A DNA stretch of 63,758 nt, filler included, from Asterionella formosa (taxonomy: Eukaryota): assembly GCA_002256025.1 (NCBI GenBank). It is 11 parts of 11 records of this genome, joined end to end, with 100 filler letters (N's around TTAATTAATTAA, not from the genome) between each part and the next. Parts side by side here need not be neighbours in the genome. Positions count along the whole stretch, not along the records: positions 1 to 5,720 come from NKIB01012950.1; positions 5,821 to 11,540 come from NKIB01012951.1; positions 11,641 to 17,358 come from NKIB01012952.1; 8 more parts are not named here. One strand, 5' to 3'. Both the position numbers and the translations under genes were made by a program. This document shows, piece by piece, positions 1 through 12,099 of this stretch. The notes beneath the pieces are model-generated. The model made no database searches. It had not been told where the DNA came from and saw nothing but the letters and a program-made list of their open reading frames with translations. Numbering within the stretch: position 1 is the stretch's first letter; every line of letters begins with the position of its first letter.

Positions 1-348
1 TTGTTAGGATCTACCTTGGTGCTTACTTCTGCCATGCACTACTGAGTAATAACCCTACCTTCACACTTTTGCAAGCCGGTCACTCTTGGATGGCACTGAC
101 TCAAGTTACACAAAATTGAATATTACTGTCTTTGCTGATTGTAGCAGGCTATCAGGAAGAAGAAATGGGACAAATGCCGCATGCCACTACATTCATTCTT
201 ATGAATGCTATTAAATTGGATTTTTTAGAGTCATCTCTTGCTACTGAGAGCATTACATCCAATAATGACAAAAGTTGGAACACCTTGAACATCGTTTGGA
301 CAAATATAGTTATGATATGTGAGGAGTTGTTATTATTGTTGTTTCTGA

Positions 349-2003
349 TCATGTTTGACCTGTTTGGTTCTTATTTTTGAGCTTTTTTGCCTTTTTCTTT
401 GAAGCACGTTCTTGACTCCTGCGTTGCTCAACACCTGCTCCAGTTCGATTTCGTTTCTTCCCCTTGTACACACCTCCACCTCCATCTTCATCCATGTCTC
501 CACGCCCATCTCGTTTTCGCCGTTCCATTGCTGCCATAGTTGGTACTCCTGTTGCAAAAGCCTGTCGCAATTCCTGTTCCAAGGTACTAGGGACTGGGAA
601 TTCGCTCCTACCTGCATCGTTTTGTAGTACAAGTACAGCTGTATCATATGGACTGACTCTGTAGCGATCACGCCGTTGATGTTGTGCTCCATCACAAAAT
701 CCATGATCTGCCTTATGAATGATCCAATGTTGCACTGTAAATGGTGATTGACACATGATTTGATATGATTCTTCTTCCAACCAAACTGGTACAATCACCA
801 CAAATGAAAATGGAATATGTTGTTGACTCAATAATGTTTGTATTTTGTTGACCATGGCCATCATGACATGATGAACAAAGGGTGGATTGGCTTGAAAGCT
901 CCCACTATTAGGTTTAAAATCCCAAAAGGACCCTAATGAACCAAATGGAAAATCAACATCATAGTAGGCTGAACAATAGGATCCATAATAACAATTCAAT
1001 GGACTAGCAAAGCATTCATGGTGAACATTTAAATTTTCCTCCAAGACATTGAATACCTGTTCTGGACATGCCGCTTGGAATCCCGGGCCCTGAATAGAGT
1101 AATATCTTGCCAATAAACAATACAAATCATTATGAAATGATTGCTCCTCGTTGTTTGTGTTGTTGTTGCGATTGTTGACATTATAATTGTCACAATGAGT
1201 TGATGTCCATAGTGTTTTTAATTTTTCATAATGTTCATGATTCAATTTCAATAAATGTCTTGGATGATCTGATAATGATATGTCGAATGTATGACGATGG
1301 CGAACCACAATCACTACGCTGCTCTTGGTATCGTTGTTGTTGTTTGCTGTCTTCTTCAACAATGCCTGTTTCAATTGAAGGATTTCATCATATAACTTGC
1401 ATACAATTCGTTCTGCTTCTGCTGTATTCGTGGAAGCTCGAAGTATATCATTCTTGAATGTTTCAGAGGCAAGTTGAATGGCACAATTATTATTATTGGT
1501 AACGAGCATGTTCCATGTTGTTTTTTGTTGATTTTTGGTATCCTTGTTCGTTGTTGTTGTTGGTCTTGTTGTTGTAAGGACCATCATTTCCATGGTTTGA
1601 ACCCACCGTTCCAAACAAAGTGGTGGTGGAACAATGTTTGTTATTCTACATTCCTCTTTAAATAGTTTCTTGAGTGCAAATAGTCCTGCTGCACGAAGTC
1701 GTTCTTTGGTTGGACGTGACGACGATGATGATATTACTAATGAGTCTTTGTTGTTGTTATTGATTCGATGATGTAATATAATGGAATGATATTTATCAGT
1801 TCCAATCCAAATAGAACGTTTTCCTTGACCCAAAAGTCGATTAGGTATGGATGCCATTACCGTTCCAACTCCTGTTGGTGTTGTTGAATCTGACAAGACA
1901 TGTAATTTATTTTTACTTGTAGCCTTCGTCGTACTACTCAATAAGGTTGCTTTATTTCGTTTCTTGCTGCTTCGTTTTGAAAGAATAGTAGTAGTAGTAG
2001 TAG
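349..2003 (-). CDS. PCIF1: PCIF1/CAPAM-like cap-specific adenosine N6-methyltransferase (5' end lost in N gap)
   Basis: Motifs LLARY...GFQAA, HECFASPLN, FGSLGSFWDF, GSFQANPPF (NPPF catalytic motif), SFVVIVP and H.F.DGAQH are typical of the PCIF1 methyltransferase domain. The frame stays open upstream of the TTG at 1941 into the gap. Confidence 0.85.
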
Positions 2004-2923
2004 NNNNNNNNNNNNNNNNNNNNNNNNNNNNNNNNNNNNNNNNNNNNNNNNNNNNNNNNNNNNNNNNNNNNNNNNNNNNNNNNNNNNNNNNNNNNNNNNN
2101 NNNNNNNNNNNNNNNNNNNNNNNNNNNNNNNNNNNNNNNNNNNNNNNNNNNNNNNNNNNNNNNNNNNNNNNNNNNNNNNNNNNNNNNNNNNNNNNNNNNN
2201 NNNNNNNNNNNNNNNNNNNNNNNNNNNNNNNNNNNNNNNNNNNNNNNNNNNNNNNNNNNNNNNNNNNNNNNNNNNNNNNNNNNNNNNNNNNNNNNNNNNN
2301 NNNNNNNNNNNNNNNNNNNNNNNNNNNNNNNNNNNNNNNNNNNNNNNNNNNNNNNNNNNNNNNNNNNNNNNNNNNNNNNNNNNNNNNNNNNNNNNNNNNN
2401 NNNNNNNNNNNNNNNNNNNNNNNNNNNNNNNNNNNNNNNNNNNNNNNNNNNNNNNNNNNNNNNNNNNNNNNNNNNNNNNNNNNNNNNNNNNNNNNNNNNN
2501 NNNNNNNNNNNNNNNNNNNNNNNNNNNNNNNNNNNNNNNNNNNNNNNNNNNNNNNNNNNNNNNNNNNNNNNNNNNNNNNNNNNNNNNNNNNNNNNNNNNN
2601 NNNNNNNNNNNNNNNNNNNNNNNNNNNNNNNNNNNNNNNNNNNNNNNNNNNNNNNNNNNNNNNNNNNNNNNNNNNNNNNNNNNNNNNNNNNNNNNNNNNN
2701 NNNNNNNNNNNNNNNNNNNNNNNNNNNNNNNNNNNNNNNNNNNNNNNNNNNNNNNNNNNNNNNNNNNNNNNNNNNNNNNNNNNNNNNNNNNNNNNNNNNN
2801 NNNNNNNNNNNNNNNNNNNNNNNNNNNNNNNNNNNNNNNNNNNNNTATTATTAAGAAGAAGAAGAACAACAATTGATATATAAACCGGTATACATAACAA
2901 CCAACAGCAACGAAACGATAATC

Positions 2924-3522
2924 ATGAAAGGAGATGATGATTTAATGAAACGGGTCAGTGCATTTTTGCCAATTCTTCAAGCTGCCAATGAAAAAGGTAA
3001 ATTTTCAGCTGTTGAAATGTACTACCTTACTACGGTACTAACCGAAGGGTGGATGGTGACTATAAATATATAGTTGGATGATATTGTTGTCTCACCTAAA
3101 GTCTAAATCCTCCTACGTATTCATATTTACCGGTAGTACTTTTAACTAACCAAACCCATACAACATTGGATGCCAACCTGGTCAAGTATGATGATGATGA
3201 TGATGACGACGACGACAATACTGTCAACGAGGAACAAGGACATGAAAATACAACAACAGAAACGAACAAGACAATCATTCAACTTTCGTTGGATCTTGGT
3301 GCAGTCAAGGACAATCCATTGATAGAGCTATTAGCAAATAATGATCAGGATGATGGTGATGATGATACAAAGAAACAAAGTCACGATTTGGATGAAGAAT
3401 TGACGACAGACAAGGAGCACCAAACAGCACTACCTGTAGTTTCCGAACTACTGCGATTGACAAATAATACCAAGGCCCCCGCCTCAAAGAAACAAAAGAG
3501 ATTGATTGAAGAAATGCCGTGA
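2924..3522 (+). CDS. NOPCHAP1: NOPCHAP1/C12orf45 (DUF4598)-like small acidic protein, 2 exons (2924-2996, 3137-3522)
   Basis: ATG at 2924. GT..AG intron 2997-3136 joins in frame. The protein reads RVSAFLPILQAANE, an acidic linker, then IQLSLDLG, ending LIEEM, which matches the DUF4598 pattern as I recall it. Confidence 0.6.
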
Positions 3523-3695
3523 AAACGAATGGTTTTATCGATCCATTTAGATTTAATTTTATGAAAAAGCGTGTAGGAGTCAAAAACTATCATTGCTAAA
3601 AGCTCGCAAGTTTCATGAAAGATTGTAGCCCTTGAGGTGATTTTTTGACTAGATGGCAGTAGACTAAAGCCCCTATGTTCGTCGTCACCTTCTTC

Positions 3696-5691
3696 TTAGT
3701 GCTTTTTCTTGGAACCAGAAACAATATCATCGATGCGACTATGAACAAAAACAGTAAACAATTTGAATCAAATGATTGGTCAGAAGAACTTAAACATATA
3801 GATATGTAAAGACACACACACATATAAAACACTTACAGGATCATACAAGCACTCTCAATGGCCGTCTTGATCGTCTGCACCTTGACACTATAGGGTTCCC
3901 AAATCCCCAACTCTTCCATATCTACCAACTCTCCAGTAATGCCATTCACTCCCCAATAGCACGGCACATTAGGGTCAGCCACAAAGGCCGCCGCATGTTT
4001 GGCCCTGAGTGCAGTAACAGTCCGAATCACACTGACACCGCAATTGCTAGCCAAGGTTCGTGGAATTACTTCCATGGCATCCCCCACAGCGGCAAAGGGA
4101 CCTTGTTGAATGCCCTGCACTTTCACAGCAGCACGTTTCAATCCCATGGCAACGGCCATTTCTGTGGCCCCACCGCCTGGCAACAAGGTGGGATGGTACA
4201 CCACATTCCTAACTACCTGCATGGCATCAGTTAAATTGCGTTCGATCTCATTCAAGACATCCTTACTTCCACCTCTAAGGATAATGGTGCATGCCTTTGG
4301 GTCATGACACTGTTCCAAAAAACAGAACCATTCATCTCCAATTTTGCGCATTTCGAACAATCCACATTGTGTTCCAATGTCAGATTCAGATATTTCATCC
4401 GTACGACTAACAATGGTCGCTCCAGTGGCCCGAGCAATGCGGTTGTTGTCTGTTTTGCGCAATCTTCTAAAGGCAGTAATGTTGGCCTTTTGTAAATAGT
4501 GTTGTGCCAAATCCGACACTCCCTTTTCAGTAATGACAATATCTGGTTTGGCTGCAATGATTTCCATGCACATGTGTTCGACATAATCTTCTTCCATGCG
4601 CAGCATGGTATTCCAATCATTTTCATCTGTAATTTCCACATTGGTTTGCGATTCTCCCTTTTTGTACTCAAGGGGCGAGTCCAACAACAAAATGCGTGGA
4701 TTGACAATCATTCTTCTCATTTTGGAGTGTGTTGTATCTTTGTTGAACATGACCCCCTTGAGAACTGTACAATCCGATATTTCTCCTCCAGGAATCTTTT
4801 CCACCTTGGCATAACGTTTGATATCCACTTCCATTTGTGTCAATGCATTGGTCCCTGAAGGTCGCGCCACAGTCAATACAGCTTGAAGTGCCATTTCCAC
4901 CATTTTATCATTCCATCGACTACTAAACTTTGTTCCAATGCATGATTGCACCAACTTGGTCATTCTGTTGTGATCTGTTACATCCACAGTGAGTGCCATG
5001 GCATCACAAAGGAGCAAGGCTTCTTGCAATGCTCGATTGTATCCCTGCACTAGTACTGTTGGGTGCATCGATTCTACTCGTAGGAATGGTTCTGCCACAG
5101 CCAGCATCTCTCCAGCTAGGATAATGACAGATGTGGTCCCATCTCCTACTTCTTCATCTTGAGCTCGTGACAATTCAATCATGGACTTGGCCGTGGGGTG
5201 GGAGACATCAATTTCGCGAAGGATGCAGTTGCCATCATTGGTAATCACGACGGATCCCATGGGATCTAGCAGCATCTAAGGTGTGAATGTGTGTGAATAA
5301 TGGTGGCGAGAGTCCATGCATGGAATAGCAAACACTAGATACTTGATAGTTGTAGCTTACCTTGAGCATGGATCTTGGTCCCAATGTTGTGCGAATAATA
5401 TCCGCAACAGCTCGTCCTGCTGCAATGTTGGATAATTGAGCTTGTCGTCCAGTCTGACGTTGGGTCTTTTGATCTGTTGAGTGCAGATGGATGAATGGAT
5501 AAATAGGAGTAGATGATATGAAATTGAGTTAGTAACACAGTTCAATATAATAAAATGTCATTGTTTTTCATCATTTTGTACAATAAAACAAAACGCTTCC
5601 ACAACGATGGCTCCGTTGGTTTACAGATTGAAAAATACGTACTCAAGACCATGACTTGTCCCATACCGGGAGGTGCACCACGAGACGCCAT
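3696..5691 (-). CDS. CCT3: T-complex protein 1 subunit gamma, 4 exons (5691-5643, 5473-5361, 5275-3837, 3738-3696)
   Basis: TTLGPRSMLK, TNDGN, GDGTTS, LEYKKGESQT, RRLRKTDNNRIARATGA and LRIDDIVSG. All three introns are GT-AG and preserve the frame. Confidence 0.97.
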
Positions 5692-5720
5692 GGAGGATGA
5701 ATGAATGGATGGGTGGATGG

Positions 5721-5820
5721 NNNNNNNNNNNNNNNNNNNNNNNNNNNNNNNNNNNNNNNNNNNNTTAATTAATTAANNNNNNNNNNNNNNNNNNNNNNNN
5801 NNNNNNNNNNNNNNNNNNNN
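5721..5820. other. Artificial assembly linker N44-TTAATTAATTAA-N44 (also at 11541, 17359, 23172, 28981, 34784, 40587, 46386, 52178, 57972)
   Basis: The same 100-nt block, with stops in all six frames, recurs every ~5.8 kb. Genes and elements are cut at these points. Confidence 0.97.
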
Positions 5821-6394
5821 TCATTAGCAAGTTGAGAAGTTGTAAAGAAGAGTTGATTTATGACTAAGTCCCTGACGAGGAAGCAAGATGGCATCGGTAT
5901 CAAGCCAACAATGTTTTGACAGTTTCAACAAAAATTATCTAAAATGTTTGTTTACTAGGGAGAATGAATTACTGCAAACTTGTTTTAGTGGTGTTAGGAC
6001 TTTGAGTTTCCCCCTAAATAAATCCAGCCGAATCGAGTTCTAGCCAGCGACGAAGTTTCAAAAAGATCATGCTATGAATGGAAGATCACGGTTTTATGAG
6101 TAGGCGAGCTTTTTTCTATACTAAGTATTTGATCAGCGCGGGTGAATATCTTACTAATACCGGTAATACCGGTTCATGTCCGTCCCGTCATCCATTTTTA
6201 CCGCAACTTTTCCTCTTTGTTACCGTAATTTCGCCTAAATAAACAATTTAATATAGGATAAAGATAGCTAAAGCTTTAGCTTCAGCACAAAAATCGCAAC
6301 TTGCACATTTTCTAGATGCATCCCGGTATGCATTACGTATGCTCCATATCCGTAATGAGGTCTTCATGCATTTTGATTCTATTACTACTCCGCC

Positions 6395-7555
6395 ATGGTC
6401 AGCAAATGCACTATTATTGTCAGTTCGCTGTTACTGCTGGGAGCTTGCAATGAGGGTTCCTCGCTCATGGGAAGCCGTTCATTTTCGCCCTCGACTGTAG
6501 GTAGGCTGGTGAAAGTGTCTGCCAATACGAACGACTTCGCTGCTAGTGATTCTATGGAACCACGCGAGTTCAAGCTCGAACGAAACGACAGTGCCATTCG
6601 AGGCGAAAGCTACGCATCCGTCAACTCCACTATCCCCACCGGCCAGCAAGCGGCTCAGGCCGTCGGAGTCGTACCACCGCTCGAAGCCTCGGCCAAAGTC
6701 TGGAAGCGAGCTTGGAACCTGCATCGACGAGTAATGCCCCTATTGCATTTCTTTGACAAAATGAAACCTCCAGATTCATCACTTGCTCTCATGTGTCTGT
6801 GGTGGAAAGCATTGTCCGCCAATGATTGTAATTCGCCTGCTTTTGACAACTCGTTAGTTTACGACTTGCTTCCCAGAGGAACGCGATTGTTGGTGGGCAA
6901 GCGACTGCAACGCTTCTATCCTCGCCTTCATCATGCCAATGTGGAAATTAGAACAGTTTATTTAGACCAACAAGTGATGAATATCATTGCAGAGGTTAAA
7001 ATGGCGACGCGTACGAAAAAAATCAGGCTTGTCACGCTTGGGGGTGGCTACGATGTGAGGTCCATTAAGTTTCGTGAACGAGGATTGGTGGACCAAGCGG
7101 TGGAATTGGATTTGCCTAATGTCATCGATGCGAAGCAGAAAATTTTTCAATCCAAGCGACTCAAACTGAGGCGACCTTGGCTGACAAGTGACATGATGCC
7201 TTCCTTTCATTCCGTCAATCTCAATAACGTCGAAGAAGTAAGGGAGATACTGAATATTATTCTTTCTGATGAAAAGGACAGCACCATGTGGCACACCATC
7301 TTTCTCTTTGAAGGAGTCATGATTTATCTTGATGAACATGTTCCCCGCCGTTTATTGGAGATATGCAGTGCTGTTCTAAAAAATAGTAAGGAGGGGTCGC
7401 TGGTGTTTGCTGATCGATTGGACAACATTCCTGGTGGTGACTACGCAATTGGAATCAGTGAATTGGCTGAGACTGGTTGGAATATTGTAGATTGGCAACC
7501 AAAACCAGGGCTAGCGCGTCACATGGGACGTGCAAAGCTAGTACTAAATAGCTAG
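6395..7555 (+). CDS. Leucine carboxyl methyltransferase (LCM)-family SAM-dependent methyltransferase with N-terminal signal-like peptide
   Basis: RTVYLD, LVTLGGGYDVR, ELDLPNVIDAK and FLFEGVMIYL motifs. The hydrophobic N-terminus is followed by a Ser/Arg-rich stretch. Confidence 0.75.
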   Translation: MVSKCTIIVSSLLLLGACNEGSSLMGSRSFSPSTVGRLVKVSANTNDFAASDSMEPREFKLERNDSAIRGESYASVNSTIPTGQQAAQAVGVVPPLEASAKVWKRAWNLHRRVMPLLHFFDKMKPPDSSLALMCLWWKALSANDCNSPAFDNSLVYDLLPRGTRLLVGKRLQRFYPRLHHANVEIRTVYLDQQVMNIIAEVKMATRTKKIRLVTLGGGYDVRSIKFRERGLVDQAVELDLPNVIDAKQKIFQSKRLKLRRPWLTSDMMPSFHSVNLNNVEEVREILNIILSDEKDSTMWHTIFLFEGVMIYLDEHVPRRLLEICSAVLKNSKEGSLVFADRLDNIPGGDYAIGISELAETGWNIVDWQPKPGLARHMGRAKLVLNS

Positions 7556-8559
7556 TAGAAAGGAAGTATCATCCAATCTTTGTGGGACGAATCCATGCAA
7601 TTGGCAGTACCAGATGACAGATAATTTTAATATAGTGTCAATTTAGCTAGTTTTCACAATTAGACTTCTGGGACTCCTCTAAAAAGTCTTGGAGTGGCAA
7701 CGGCTTGGTAAGATCTGATTGCATTTGCACTTGTTGTGTGCTGGACACTGGTGCACTGTTGATATGTATTGCATGCACAGAAATAGTTACCAATAGGAAA
7801 GCCGGATGCAAAGGACATCAATAGGCCTTGCATGATGATTGACTCATTGTGAATCCTGAGGATAAACTAAAATCAAAGTTTATCTGAAATTAGTCTGACC
7901 CATCATTAATTCTGTGCAATAAAGTTTACAAAGTTACAATCCAGTTGCAACTGAGGACGCCTGGTTCGGGTCCCAAGGAAGTAGCCTTCGGATTGAGATC
8001 AGCAGCAGGAGGTAGATTTCATCATGATCAGCACATGCTTCTTGGACTGGGTCAGCATCTGTCACCATGTCTGAAGAAATCGAAACAGTATTTGGAGTCA
8101 CAAATCGAAGAGGCAAATGGCATTTGGAGCATACTTATCACAGTATATTTCATACGCACCTGGTATCAGATTCTGGGTAGACTACAAATGTACAAGATAT
8201 CATAGTACTCTTTGGTTGTCTAGGAGTAGTACTGGTACCAGGTACCAGGTACCTGCAATGCAAGTTGCGGTCATTTTGCTGAAATGGACAACGTGATGCA
8301 GGACAGGCACTCAAAACGACTAAATAGAGAACATCATCAACTCTCTCATTGAGTCAACAGTATCACAACTTGTTAGTGACATAAAAAATTATTTCTTCTA
8401 AATGCGGAAACATCAAAACAAGGCAAACGGTTGAAAAAAGAAAATGACAATGACAGAGGCAATGGAGGGGCAGCCTGAGCAAAGCAAAAGTAAGCAAATC
8501 TTGCTTAGATTGCTTCATTCTCTCCAAACTCAAAATCGTCTCCTTTTCCGGCCAAAGTG

Positions 8560-10330
8560 ATGAAAACAACCAATAATGGCTGGTTCTATATCGATTAGGT
8601 TTTCTTCCAGCTTCATCAAGCTAGTGTTGTTGCAGTAGATAACATTCATAATCATTTTGTGTCCCTGTGCTTTGATAAACATTTTTTCCATAACACTTTC
8701 GAAATAATGTCGTCAACACCAACCAATTCTGCTTCATTTGAACTTCTTGTGTTCACTTTCTGTTTTGTAGACACAGAAGAAATAATTCCTTTTCCACTTT
8801 AAAATCTTTGTGGACTGCAAACGCTGCATCCACATGCCATTTAATGCTCTGAGCGTCATCAGCACTCATAGAGGCAATGCACCTCATTTTGAGTTGCTTT
8901 CAAGAAATTCATGATCTTGATTAATTTTATACAATCGCCTTCATTTGGCTCATTAGTTCGGGTTGCCAGAAATGTAATTCCTGGTTGAATGTCCTGACTA
9001 TGCTCCCCCTTGCTTACGAGGAACATTCCTTTCATAATAAAAGTATGGAATACCTTTGCCTTTTCATCTTCCAGCTTCTTCGATTTGTATCAACAGTGAA
9101 CAGTTTGTCTGCCCATGGAAATTTTCCGACACCTTCAAGTTTATCTGGGAAATCATCAATCATTGATTTCACATATTTAGTCATATCCACTCTCAACATT
9201 CCTGGAAGAGAGTAATCTAGTGTCATCGCCAAGTAATCATGCTTATTTCCATGCATGACCTGGACTTCACCAAATTGATCAGAAGCGTATTTCTCTTTGA
9301 GTCATTCCAAACATTGATCATTCACTTTGCTATCCACGGGACTAGATTTTTAAATCGTCAACATGCCAAGTAACTGTGTGCTGTTTGCCATTAACAATGC
9401 GAGTTGCAAAGCATGCTGGATCAGAAGGATTGATTTTGAATCCAATTGACTCAATATCCTTCAGATATTTCTTGTAATATAACAATGATGACTGTAACAT
9501 GCCATATATTGCCTTGATCATAATCATATATAGGACCTTGTTGTTTCCTTCATAAACAACATAGTTTTCATAGTCTCAGGGCTGAGTTCTGTCAACATAT
9601 TGAGAAGTAACCCTCTAATGTTCATGATGATTTGTTCCCCTTTTTTCTTGTTGGTATCTACTTGCACAAATGCATTGTTATATCTACCATCATGATGTAT
9701 ATCTGCCATCATGATATCATGTCTCTGTTTTGCGCCAATTGTTGCTGTTATCATAACAGATTCAGTCATGGTAGTTGGACTAGCTGCCTTGTCTCTTTCC
9801 ATATACTCTCATTGAGAATTTCCATTAGCACAAGCTCTGCCCTTAATAATACTCATGTCTCTCTTTTCAACCAAGAAAATAAGGCTTTCCATTGCGTGTT
9901 GCTTTTCAAGATTGGTTAAGTCTTCAACCCTGACCGGTTCAAATGCAACTCTATTGTGTACTTGTTTCTTTTCCTTGTATGCAGCATCCCTTCTTTTCTG
10001 GCCGAATTTCCTGAGACCTTTTGTTAAGCTGTATGATTGAACAAAGTGAAATGTTTTCTTGTTGAAAGACATCTCATTAATAAAACACATTGTAATTGCA
10101 ATCACTTTTACATTTTCAGTTGTATATTGGTCTTGACTGTGTGCTTGATTATGCAAATGATGTCAGGCCATAGTCAGTTTTGTTGGTGGCCTTGAGACCC
10201 TTACAGATCTTGTAATTCTAACGTTTGGATCTCTGTCGACCTCAGTGCCTGGATTGACTTCTTCTTCTATCATTGCTACTTCTTCTTCAGTTTCATTTAT
10301 AGATTCTTCATCGGATTTCATCAGCATTTA
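8560..10330 (-). mobile_element. Degraded Ty1/Copia (CoDi-like) pol fragment: RT and RNase H
   Basis: Frameshifted pieces IKGRACANG, AASPT..TESV, KAIYGMLQSSLLYYKK, VTWHVDDLK, HDYLAMTLDY, WHVDAAFAVH and KQKVNTRSS.EAELVGVDD. Ends are approximate. Confidence 0.85.
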
Positions 10331-10519
10331 TTTCAACGCTATCATTTTTGATTAATTCGACTCAACATTTATATATAGGTATGTAGGTAATTTTATACCG
10401 GGATGTGTCTCCTCAGATAATTTCTCCGACATTCATCAGAATTGTTTGATCTTGTTCTATCGGTGCTTTACCAAGAATAAAATATAGATGTTGTGAGCAA
10501 GAAAACTCATATTTCAAAC

Positions 10520-11512
10520 ATGGCGCACAACAATGACGAACCAGCAGTGGAGCTGCATCTTCCAATCGAGAGCTTTGACCATTATCTCGAACGGAAATGC
10601 TTGCGTTACGATCACGACGATCAACCAACTCTCAACCAAATCGAAGAGGATCTCAAGGCGCAAGAAGCTGAAGAGTATCAAGAAGCCCTCCTTGACAAGA
10701 TTTTTGAGACCGAGGGCAAAGAATGTGATGCGAAACTGAGGTTTTTAGAGAGCCTTAAGGACGAACATATTAGAATCGACACCGCAGCCGGTTCCATCAA
10801 GACAAAGCTACAGCCGCTCGCGACCAAATGTGATACAGTGTATGCTTTGGCATCAGTAAAGCCTCTGTTTCAACAGGAATGTGCTAATTGGGAGCTTTCA
10901 TTGATTGAGTTCGGGACCAAAGCAGTGAGAGAGTTTGTCATGATGATCGAAGAAACAATGTCTCCCAATAACGTGTCATCGGAGACGATTATTGACTGTT
11001 GTCAAATCGCTCACTATTTGCAATGCCCGTTCATTTTGACCGCAATGATTGACATCCTCGTGGTCTCAGTCGATTCTGCCAATTGCATATCCTTGCTTCA
11101 GCTTGCGGATCGGCTTTCCTTGCCTCGCTTATGTGAAAGCTGTCTTACTCATTTGATGGGATCAATGACCAACGTCGAAGAGATGGTGGAAGGCGAGCTC
11201 ATTTCTTCTGAACTTCTTGAGCAGATCCTCGCAATAAAGTCTGCTATTCAATCCTCAGTTGTGGGAATTCCTAGAGTCTATTTTGGATCAATAAAAGAGT
11301 ATCTGGCCATTTTTGCCGAATTGGTTGAGTACTACAAGGAGCGACTTGAGGAGGCCCAACGAAGCAGAGTCACCCCATACATTCAACGCATGATCGACAA
11401 ACAAGAAAAAAGGGTGACGACGCTAGAGGCTGTCATGCGAGAACAAAAGAAATTGTTTGCACTTCAAGACGGAAGCATTCGAATCAAGAAGCGAAATCAC
11501 AATGCCTTCTAG
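10520..11512 (+). CDS. BTB/POZ-BACK-like domain protein with C-terminal coiled coil
   Basis: Intact ~330-aa ORF from ATG 10520. The pattern ELSL.EF..AVREFV...IIDCCQIAHYLQC...VDSANCISLLQLADRLSLPRLCESCL resembles the BTB-to-BACK junction. Confidence 0.6.
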   Translation: MAHNNDEPAVELHLPIESFDHYLERKCLRYDHDDQPTLNQIEEDLKAQEAEEYQEALLDKIFETEGKECDAKLRFLESLKDEHIRIDTAAGSIKTKLQPLATKCDTVYALASVKPLFQQECANWELSLIEFGTKAVREFVMMIEETMSPNNVSSETIIDCCQIAHYLQCPFILTAMIDILVVSVDSANCISLLQLADRLSLPRLCESCLTHLMGSMTNVEEMVEGELISSELLEQILAIKSAIQSSVVGIPRVYFGSIKEYLAIFAELVEYYKERLEEAQRSRVTPYIQRMIDKQEKRVTTLEAVMREQKKLFALQDGSIRIKKRNHNAF

Positions 11513-12099
11513 TAAGAAACGGGTTTACAGCAGATGCTAGNNNNNNNNNNNNNNNNNNNNNNNNNNNNNNNNNNNNNNNNNNNNTTAATTAATTAANNNN
11601 NNNNNNNNNNNNNNNNNNNNNNNNNNNNNNNNNNNNNNNNGGTCTGAGCAGCGCTGACTACAGAAGGAAACTTAGAAGCCAAAGGAAGTGCACCATGGCA
11701 TCAATACTACCCCAGAAAATGTCATCCATTTAGGGTACTAAACCACCATAGTAGCAGCAGCTACCCAGCACCTACCCTGGAAACCGAAGCCAATGGACTC
11801 TGACTTATGGTGTTGCAGGCATATTACCTGCTGCCAAAAACTTGGCCCCCAAAGGGCCAAGTAGACATGCCTATTGTCAGCCTCAACCCCTGGAAGAACC
11901 CTATAGACTACATGATCGCAACAGGTGTGGAGTATGTGGGAATTGCACTGACCATCTCAGATGGTGTACTTATGACTAAACCATTCCCTGACTTAGCATA
12001 TTTATAATACCCTCAACCTAACCCTAATCAAAACAATATAGTTTGTTTGTATGCATTATCATATCATGTAACAGTATGGTCTGTTTAGGATGCCAGCAA

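Noticed and set aside
1847..2900. Long ORFs spanning N runs (also 25279-26108)
   Set aside because: Artefacts of translating gaps.
3833..3836. CCT3 stop at 3833 as given by the ORF track
   Set aside because: That TAA is inside a GTAAGT donor. The conserved RIDDIVSG end is on a further exon (3738-3696).
5765..5776. Regularly spaced TTAATTAATTAA as a biological repeat
   Set aside because: It is always embedded in exactly 44+44 N, so it is an assembly linker.
7630..8200. Further Copia-like scraps (a TVHQC-like word on the minus strand)
   Set aside because: Too degraded to delimit or assign.
12008..12030. cctaaccctaa as a telomere remnant
   Set aside because: Fewer than two full units, which is compatible with chance.
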